Shown piece by piece: positions 1 to 8,700 of a stretch of 38,283 bases of DNA. The stretch spans positions 1 through 38,283 of the forward strand of contig CAYGKP010000002.1 in assembly GCA_964350605.1 (NCBI GenBank), in the 5' to 3' direction. Within the stretch, counting starts at the first letter, position 1. The number at the start of each line of letters is the position of its first letter. Origin of the DNA: an uncultured Cytophagales bacterium (GTDB lineage Bacteria > Bacteroidota > Bacteroidia > Cytophagales > JAAEPT01). The position numbers and the translations under genes are program-made. Under the pieces are notes generated by a model. That model saw only the letters and a list, made by a program, of their open reading frames with translations. It was not told where the DNA came from and searched no databases.

Positions 1-2
1 AC

Positions 3-959
3 TATACCCATACCAACCCGCTCTATTGCCAAATCCAGCTAATGAGAATGACCAAGCACTGGCATGAGGATACCATCACTTGGAATATGTTCTATGGAAG
101 CGGGGCTGGCCAACTAAATTATCCTGTAGAAATTGATCCAACGATTGTTGCGGATGGTCCAACGACTACAACGGGTGACCAGCACGTCGATGTGACAAGA
201 ATCGTCCGTGATCTGGTTGCCTTGCCAGATAGTATGCGTCATGGATTCCACATCAAGCTCCGGGATAATCCAACTTGGCCAAGCAGGAACGTGTATTGGG
301 AGAAAGACCCCAGGTTGGTAATCAAATACATGGTCTCGGAGCCTGTTTGCGACAAATGGGAAGGAGATTGCGGATACTTGAGCTCTATCACCCGAGATGG
401 TAGCGTGGGAATTGGTACAGTGCCTACTGACACTTTCCATGTGGCAGGAGGCAATGCCAGATTTGAAGAAAGCGTCAAGGTTGAGGATTCTCTTGGGGTA
501 GGCACCCTGTCACCCCAAGAGCGGTTTCATGTCGCATCAGGGGCGAATGCATTGGTGGACGATACCCTCTTTGTTGCTCACAGACTGATTGTTGGTGATT
601 TGACGAACACAGCGTATCCCGAAGCGCTGCTTTCAGTTGATGGGCTTTTGATTGCCAAACAGCTTCGAAGCACCCCCCAGGCTTGGGCTGATTATGTGTT
701 CGGGGAGGAGTATCAATTGATGGAGTTGGATTCGCTTCGTTCGTTTATCGAAGAAAATGGTCATTTGCCTGGGATTCCATCAGAGAAAGAAGTGCTATCA
801 AACGGCATAGAGCATGCGGAGATGGATGCAGCACTTCTAGGGAAAATCGAAGAATTGACCCTTTACATTCTCGAGCAAGAGAATCTCTATCGCAAAGAGA
901 TCAGCGAGATGAGGCAAGAGCTCCAAGAGCTCCGCCAACTGATCGACTCTGACAACTAG
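3..959 (+). CDS. Tail-fibre-like surface protein with C-terminal coiled coil; probably 5'-truncated by the window edge
   Basis: The frame is open from nt 3 with no stop before the first ATG at 42, so the gene likely starts upstream. The N-terminal segment 'WHEDTITWN...HIKLRDN' looks like a beta-sandwich. A tail-fibre-type motif occurs twice (GIGTVPTDTFHVAGG / GVGTLSPQERFHVASG). The C-terminal module 'WADYVFGEEYQLMELDSLRSFIEENGHLPGIPSEKEV...KIEELTLYILEQE' plus a heptad-rich tail matches something I recognise from many uncharacterised Bacteroidota proteins. Confidence 0.7.
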   Translation, partial: YTHTNPLYCQIQLMRMTKHWHEDTITWNMFYGSGAGQLNYPVEIDPTIVADGPTTTTGDQHVDVTRIVRDLVALPDSMRHGFHIKLRDNPTWPSRNVYWEKDPRLVIKYMVSEPVCDKWEGDCGYLSSITRDGSVGIGTVPTDTFHVAGGNARFEESVKVEDSLGVGTLSPQERFHVASGANALVDDTLFVAHRLIVGDLTNTAYPEALLSVDGLLIAKQLRSTPQAWADYVFGEEYQLMELDSLRSFIEENGHLPGIPSEKEVLSNGIEHAEMDAALLGKIEELTLYILEQENLYRKEISEMRQELQELRQLIDSDN

Positions 960-964
960 TCGAG

Positions 965-1708
965 ATGTTTCGGCTCGGAATTTTTCTTGTGTTGGTAGCG
1001 TGCCGGGCAGCAATTGCATCGGCTCAAACCGCCTATTGGATTGCCACTTCTTCTCCTTCGAATTGGAGCAACCCTGCTAACTGGTCAACTGAGAAGGTGC
1101 CCTGCATTGAGGATTCGGTGGTTTTCAACAGTGGCTCTACTCACAGTTGCATTGTCGACTATGCGGTTGGCATTCGCGCGTTAACGATCGAGTCGAGTTA
1201 CACAGGAGTTACGGCTAGCATTCTTGTATCGAATCCTTACAGCTTCTTCGTTGCCGGGACATTCCTACAGGAAGGCGGCAGCTTCATTAGCGCCACGGGA
1301 GGCAGAATCGAGGTTGAGGGTGACTTCGCCTCGATTGGCGGTGACTTTTTCACAGATACTTCACGGTTTGCAGCACCGATCCCGATTCCGGCTTTCTACA
1401 ATTGTACGTCACCGTTTGCTCTATTGAGCCGACAATTAGGGGGCGGCTACCACATCACCCGAGGGGGGTACCTAGCCTTCAAATACGTGGAACGATACAA
1501 TCCCGGAGTGCTTCGCTATGCGATTTATGACAAGCAGTACAATAAGCTTTCGACGGTGCCTTCTCTCACCAAAGAACTCGGCTCGAACTATTACGAGTTG
1601 AATCTGAACGGCCTTGCAGATGAACGAGAGTTCTATGTCTTAGAAGTCCTCAATGAGAAAGGAGACCGTGAGGTGCTCAGATTCCAATTCAGAGTAGAGC
1701 CCAACTAG
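965..1708 (+). CDS. Secreted hypothetical protein (Sec signal peptide)
   Basis: 247-aa ORF starting 5 nt after the previous stop. The N-terminus MFRLGIFLVLVACRAAIASAQ is a typical signal peptide. The 'NWSNPANWS...VP..DSVVF' motif resembles the N-termini of secreted adhesin-like proteins. I recognise no catalytic motif. Confidence 0.7.
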   Translation: MFRLGIFLVLVACRAAIASAQTAYWIATSSPSNWSNPANWSTEKVPCIEDSVVFNSGSTHSCIVDYAVGIRALTIESSYTGVTASILVSNPYSFFVAGTFLQEGGSFISATGGRIEVEGDFASIGGDFFTDTSRFAAPIPIPAFYNCTSPFALLSRQLGGGYHITRGGYLAFKYVERYNPGVLRYAIYDKQYNKLSTVPSLTKELGSNYYELNLNGLADEREFYVLEVLNEKGDREVLRFQFRVEPN

Positions 1709-1710
1709 TG

Positions 1711-2235
1711 ATGAATCAGCGGTTTTTATCACTTACTACGCTGGCCATTGCATTAGTTGCTTTGGGCTTTTCCTTGTACGGGTTTTTGGGTGACAGTAAA
1801 GCAGAACCTGCCTCGACTGTCTATCTAGATAATCAGAGGGTGTTCTCGCAATTCGCGGCAACCAAAGAGGCCCAAAAGGAGCTAAACTCGCTTCAGCTCC
1901 GCCAGCAGTACATCCTGGACTCTTTGGCCGTCCAGATAAAGGCGATGCAGTCAAGCTCGGAGCCAAATGGAAGGGATTTGACCTTCCAGCAGGAATACTA
2001 TCAGAAAGTCTTAATGGACTTTCAGACCGCCTATGCCGAGAAGGACCGGGAGTCTTCGGCTCAAATCTGGGGTCGACTAAACGAGTACATTTATCAGTTT
2101 GGGAGAGATAACGGCTACCAGTACATTTTTGGAGCCAATGGATCGGGTACAATCATGTACGCTGATTCACTTCAAAATGTGACAGACCAAGTGATTGAGT
2201 TTGTCAACCAACGCTATGAGGGCTATGAAGAATAG
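1711..2235 (+). CDS. OmpH/Skp-like periplasmic chaperone (operon-embedded paralog)
   Basis: The ATG at 1711 follows the upstream TAG (1706-1708); the track's GTG at 1708 is an alternative start. There is an N-terminal hydrophobic anchor. The layout is OmpH-like: 'VYLDNQRVF..F..TKEAQKEL' followed by a long Q/E/K-rich helical arm. The C-terminal segment is 'GYQYIFGANGSGTIMYADSLQNVTDQVIEFVNQRY'. Confidence 0.65.
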   Translation: MNQRFLSLTTLAIALVALGFSLYGFLGDSKAEPASTVYLDNQRVFSQFAATKEAQKELNSLQLRQQYILDSLAVQIKAMQSSSEPNGRDLTFQQEYYQKVLMDFQTAYAEKDRESSAQIWGRLNEYIYQFGRDNGYQYIFGANGSGTIMYADSLQNVTDQVIEFVNQRYEGYEE

Positions 2236-2773
2236 AAGCCTTGCGTTAGTTGGACTGCTGCTAAGCGCATTCTTGCTGGGATCTTGCGAACCAGGAAAGA
2301 TTGACTTGCGTGATGCACAAGAGTGGTCCGCTGAAAATGTTGAGGTGCTGGATCGAGAGAGCGAGGTGAGTAACTACCTGATCTCCTCCAAGTTCAAGCC
2401 TTGGTCAGAGGGAAGCGCCGGAGAGATGTTGTCGTTTCGCGATGGTGTTTACCAGTTTGAATTGACCTTCAAAAGGCGCAATGCGTCGGCGAACGAGTTT
2501 CGCTCGGACGACTACTACTTTCTCTTCGACCTACAGCAGGACATCGAGTTGAAGGTGGGCGAGCAGACCTACCCATGCACCATGTACCACATGCAAAGAG
2601 ACTATGGCTTGACTGGCTATAGTACCATTCACGTGGGCTTCGATCTGGGTGGCCCGCAAGAGGGTGACATGCAACTGATCATTACGCCTCGCCCTTTGCA
2701 AATCGGCTCAGTGAAGCTGGTTTACACCAAGGAGGACATGGCCAAAATCCCTGATTTAAAGAGCAATTCATGA
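2225..2773 (+). CDS. Lipoprotein, function unknown
   Basis: The ORF opens at 2195, but the ATG at 2225 gives MKNRSLALVGLLLSAFLLGSC, a signal peptide plus lipobox. It overlaps the upstream stop by 11 nt. Its own stop overlaps the next start in ATGA at 2770-2773. Confidence 0.7.
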   Translation: MKNRSLALVGLLLSAFLLGSCEPGKIDLRDAQEWSAENVEVLDRESEVSNYLISSKFKPWSEGSAGEMLSFRDGVYQFELTFKRRNASANEFRSDDYYFLFDLQQDIELKVGEQTYPCTMYHMQRDYGLTGYSTIHVGFDLGGPQEGDMQLIITPRPLQIGSVKLVYTKEDMAKIPDLKSNS

Positions 2774-5700
2774 AGCTGATACGTCGCAACCTTCGGTTGA
2801 TGGCCGCCTTTTTGGTGGTAGAGCTTCTGGGTGAAATGTTGGCACCTCAGATGGTGATGGCGTTGACCTCCGGGCCGACACAGCCGGAGGTGACCTCGTT
2901 TGAGCCGGTAGGCACCACAGAAATGGTGGACCTGTTTTCGGGAGACTTCACCTACAACGTGCCCTTGTTTGAATTACCTGGTCCGAACGGGGGGTACCCG
3001 TTCAACTTGGCCTATCACGGTGGGGTCACGATGGATCAGGAAGCCAGTTGGGTCGGCTTGGGTTGGTCGCTAAACCCAGGGGCGATCAATCGCCAGATGC
3101 GAGGGTTGCCCGATGACTTTAAGGAAGATACAATCAAAACCAAGTTTTCGATGAAGCCCCAAACGACAGTCGGGGTGAGTGCAGGTGTTGGGGTAGAGGC
3201 ATTCGGAAGTGATTTGTCGGGCTTGTATGCAGGAGGCAGCCTTGACTTACAGATCTACTACAATAACTACAAGGGGATCGGTTATTCGCTGGGCATTACG
3301 CCCAGCCTCGGCTATGGGTTTGGGGACGGCACGCCAGGTGTTGATGATTTTCTGGGTCTTGGGGTGAGTCTGTCTTTTGACTCTCAGGAAGGAGTTGGCG
3401 TTTCGCCAAGACTTTCTTTCAGTGGACAGCAGAAGAATGCGTACCGATCGTATTCAATCGGGTTTGATGTAAACTCACAAGATGGACTAGTTGGCCTTTC
3501 GCTTGGCACCACTGCCTCAAACACTGCGACTAGTAAGGACTCTGATTCACCCAGTTGGGCTAAAGGCTCAGGGTCTTACTCTTCTTCCTACAGCTTTGCT
3601 GCCATTGCCAAGACCCCTACGGTGAAAATGCCGATGGGAGGATGGAGTGCCAAATTGAACTTCGCTTTTGGGTTGGCCAACTTTGGCACATATCCGTACG
3701 GACGTGTAGGAGGTACTTTTTCCATTCAGCGACCCCAAAAGAGTGCTGTGAGCAAGCGTGCTTTCGGCTACCTGTACCTGCAGGACGATACGGATAACAA
3801 AGGCCTTTTGGACTTCGACCGCGAGAAAGACGGGGTAGTCTCGAAGGCGAGCCCGAATCTTGCCGTTCCTGTTTTGACCAACGATGTGTACTCGGTCACA
3901 GGGCAAGGGATGGCAGCGATGTACCGCCCCTATAGATCGGACATAGGCCGCATCAACGACCCGAGAGAAACTTCATTTACTGGCGGCGGTTCTTTGGGCT
4001 TGGAGTTTGGTGTTGGGCTAGGGGGGCATTTTGGCGGAGACCTTCAGATCTTCAGTCATTCGAGCAAGAGCGGGGTTTGGGAGACGGACCTTCACGAGTC
4101 GGATGTGGATTTCCAGGCCTGGAAGCCAGGTAGCCTCTTTGAGCCAGTGTACTTCCAGGCGTATGGTGAGCACAGCACTGATCCACTTAACGAATTGGAT
4201 CATATTGGCGGAACGACTGCCATGCGTCCACGGCTTGATAAATCAGGTTTGGCCTGGAAGGCCGAAAAGAAAATGGAACGTGGCTCGGGGGGAATCATCA
4301 CCCTGGCCCAGGGCCCTAAAGTGGTCAACGAGGAGAGGGCACCCCGATCAAAAGCCATCCAGCACTTCACCAATGAGCAGTTGGGCGGGGCGGAACTCGC
4401 TTTGCCCTTGTTTTCTGTTCCGTACAAGAACGAATCTGGTACCAAGAACTACTTAGACAGGGGCGATTACAAAAAGCACCACATCGGGGGCTACCAAGTG
4501 GTCAATGAGGAAGGGTTGCGCTATGTCTATGGCTTGCCTGCGTACAACAACAAGCAAGTTGAATGTCTTTTTTCGCTAGACCCCGGCACCAACAATCCTG
4601 GACCGATTACCACCAACTTCGGGGAGAAGAATGGCGAACCCAACTATGATGTCAAGCGCACCGATAAGTTCTACCAGCGCACCGAAACGCCCAGGTATGC
4701 ACATGCTTATTTACTAACCTCAATCGTTGGGGCAGATTACGTCGACGCTGATTACGATCCTGCCGAACCAGCAACCTGGGGTCCTTCAGAGGGTGATCAT
4801 GGGTATTGGGTGCGCTTCAACTACCAGCGCATGTCGACCGACTATAAGTGGCGTGCGCCGCTTTACGGCGCCAATTACATCCAAGGATACCGCACCACCC
4901 GAGGAGATGACAAAGGGTCATATGTGTATGGCGAAAAGGAGCTTTGGTACCTCGAATCAGTTGAGACCAGCTCACACATTGCTGTATTTCACACCTCTGC
5001 CCGCGAGGACGCACACGGCGCATCGAAGGAAGTAGCAACCTCAAGCTCTGATATTGACATGAGCAAGCACAGCTTCCGTTTGGACAGCGTTGAGCTCTTT
5101 TCAAAGAGAGCCCGTGAAGCTGATCAAGCTCCCATCAAGGTTGTGCACTTCAAGTACGACTATACACTTTGTAACGGAGTGCAGAACTGGACGGATCAGA
5201 ATGGTATTACCGATGGTACTGGTAAGCTCACGTTGCGCAAGCTTTACTTCACCTACGGTCAGAGCAATCGAGGCAAGCTGAGTCCCTACCAGTTTGGCTA
5301 TGGCAATGAAAACCCAGACTACAGCAGCCACCAATACGATCGCTGGGGAGGGTATCACCGCCTCGATTCCCTGGGGCATGGCAACTGGAATGCCCTGGAT
5401 TTCCCTTACACAGTTCAGTATTCCACTCTAGGGCCCGAAAGCCTCAAAGACAGTTTAGATAAGTACGCGGGTGCCTGGTCTTTGAAACAGATCACCCTGC
5501 CTTCGGGTGGCAAGATTGACGTCGAGTACGAGGCGGACGATTACGCCTTTGTCCAAGACAAGCCGGCCATGCAGATGATGAACGTATGGGTAGACAAATC
5601 CGACGGGAATGGGCCCGGCTCCAGAATCGTCCAGGGGAGACGCCGACTTTACTTCGAGTTGGAAAGTTCGCTATCAGCGGATGCGGGAGATGCTGAGCGA

Positions 5701-8700
5701 CTCAAGGAGGTCAACAAATACCTACGGGGCGTTGATCAGGTGTATTTCAGGGCACTGATGACGTTGAGGGAGGATGGCGACTTCCCAGAGGAGTACATAT
5801 CTGGGTACGCGAAGGTGAACCCCGACCAGACGAAGCGAGGCCTTTGGAGGGCTGGGGGCAGCGGCGTTTACACCCATGGCTACTTTGATGTAGAGCCTAT
5901 GAAAGGGAGTAAGGGGCGCAAGTACCATCCCTTCTCCTCTGGTGCTTGGCAGCATTTGCGCAGCGAACAGCCGTTGTATGCAAACCTAGGTGGTCGTTTG
6001 TACGGCGATGGTCAAGAGGATGAAGGCGAGAAGCTCAACAAGGCCCGCATCAACTCATTGATTGGCGCTATTCCAAACGCCATCAAAATGTTCAAGGACT
6101 TCAACGAGATCGCCAAGAATCGAGACTGGGGTGTGGACATCAAGCCCGAGCAGTCCTGGATTCGACTTTCGTGCCCCGACCAAATCAAGTACGGTGGAGG
6201 CCATCGTGTTCGTTCGATTGTGCTCACAGATGCATGGGATGAGATGACTGGCCAACAGTCTTCAAAGCAAGGTCAGTATTATGACTACACCATGGTCGAG
6301 CGGGGCAATGTGATCAGCAGTGGGGTGGCGACTTACGAGCCAATGGTGGGTGGCGATGAAAATCCTTTCCGACGGGGCAAAGAATACAGTGAGAGTAAGC
6401 TGCTGAAGACGAACAACAACTTGTTCTTCGAGATGCCAGTGAACGAGTCCTACTTTCCGGGTGCCACGGTTGGCTATCGGAAAGTGACTGTCAAGACACT
6501 CACCTCGCATCGGTTGGGGCTTCCACCGGAGGATGCTCAGAATTTGCCTACATCGGTTTCCGGCACAGGCGCCACCGTTCATGAGTTCTACACCGCCAAG
6601 GAGTTCCCGGTCATAGTCCAGGAGACGGCCATGAACGCCAAGCCTGACAAACCGTTCTTTTTCGGGATTCCCTTTGTGGGCTCGGTTAAGATCACAGGAC
6701 TTGCGGCCTCGCAGGGCTACAGCGTCGAGCTGAATGACATGCACGGCAAGCCCAAGCAGGTGAGTCACTACGCGCAGCGAAGCGATGGCACGATCTCCAA
6801 TGCACCGGTGAGCTACAGCAAGTACAACTACTTGTTCGAACAGGAGTTTTTGTCGGGCGATAGTTTGAATGTGCGCTATCGGCTCACCAACAAGGTGATG
6901 ACCCTTACGGGTGAGTATGTCAACGGTCAGGCGCAGAAGGAGGAGCGTCTGATGGGCGTTGACTACGAGTTCTTCTCTGACTTACGAGAGAACAAGGATG
7001 TGTCGACCAATACGCAGATCGGCCTGGGGGTTGATATCATTCCCGCGTTGTTTTTCCCGATTCCTATCCCCAGTGCGTGGCCTACTACGCATTATCAGGC
7101 AACCACGCTGCGCACCGCTGTGACCAATAAGGTCATCCATCGCTCGGGGATCATGACGGGCATGGAGGTGTACGACCGTGGGTCGCTAGTCAGGAGCGAG
7201 TACAAGTTGTTTGACGCCCTGACAGGGCGCCCGGTACTGACCGAGACGACTAACAACTACGACGCGCCGATTTACTCCTATAGCATGCCCGCGCACCTGA
7301 TTTATGATGGCATGGGACCAGCCTACAAGAACATTGGGTTGACTTTCACCGAAGATGTCTCGCCAGTCTCAAACAAGCCGGGCTACTATGCCATAACACC
7401 TGGCGTGGGAGCTACTTGGCAGAACCACCTGGTGCCAGGTGACGAGTTTGTGGTAAGCAAAGGAGGAGCACCGGTAGCCACTGGGCAGAAGAATGTTCGG
7501 GCAATCTATGAGGGGAAAAATGGATCAAACGATCCTGTATTCTTGTTTGAAGACGCCTTGTCATCCGAGGAAGATCTCAACTTCTTTCTCACCCGTTCGG
7601 GCCGCCGAAATCACCTTTCGGTCGATGTGCAGAGTGTAGTAGCGATGGAGGACCCGACTTCTGAAAGAGTAGAAGAATCGTGTACTACTCAAGTTGTTTT
7701 CCCAATTATTGATGGTGAGCGAGCCTATTTGAGCACGCTCCCGTCTGAAATTGCGCGCACGGTCAATGGAATAATGAATGCCTACAGGAATGAGAATATT
7801 GTAGACTGTGGGTGTGTAGACTCAACTGGGATTTGCAGCGGTTGTGATACGATTTACCCTGAAATTCTTTACCGTTTTACGGGACTTTTTCCGCCAGTTG
7901 ATTCTTTACTGCCAACACCACCAACCTATTATTGGTTGGCTAAGCTGAACAGTGAAAGCCACCACCAATACCAAAACGAATTCTATCCTCTGAGTCCTGA
8001 TTATCAGTACATACCCGTGATCTTAAGCTGCGAAGCTCTCGGAGATGATTGTGATGTATTCCCGGATGGTATTTTTTGGGATGATAAGCTGCACAAAGAC
8101 ACAGCTGCTTTCAATGTATCGCTAATGTCTAGCTTTGATTCCGTAATGAGTCGCTGGGTTTATGTCAATCGAGGAGGTGTTCTATTTGGGGGTAACAGTA
8201 TTCCAGAGGACTATGTGGAACGGCGGGCTGGAGGTGGTCCCATTCATCAAGACTTCGCAGTTTTCTTCGATGCAACTGATGGTAGAATTATACCGGTTTG
8301 GGAGATAGACAGCTTGTATGATCCATGGATCCCCAGGGACATGGGTTGTGGCATCAATACATACGATTCTACCTGTTATGCGTCCCTAGGTTATAATCAT
8401 GGACCACAGTCTAATTGGGGAGGGGAGGGAGTTCATTATAGAATGATTAAAACCAACGGCGACACGATTATCGCATTGCATGCGATTTCAGGGATCCCAT
8501 GGCGAACGTATTGGGAAACGGGTCCTTACCTGACATTAGACACAACAGATGTGGTTTCATCGGCGTACCTGGTTGATGACATCCTCTCTATCTCTGCGAC
8601 AACGTTTGATGATGCACATCCGCTGGATTTTGCTTCGCTGGACACGACCCAGCAGGTCAAGGCAGAGTTAGGCGACCGCCCGTTTTATCACTGGTCGACG

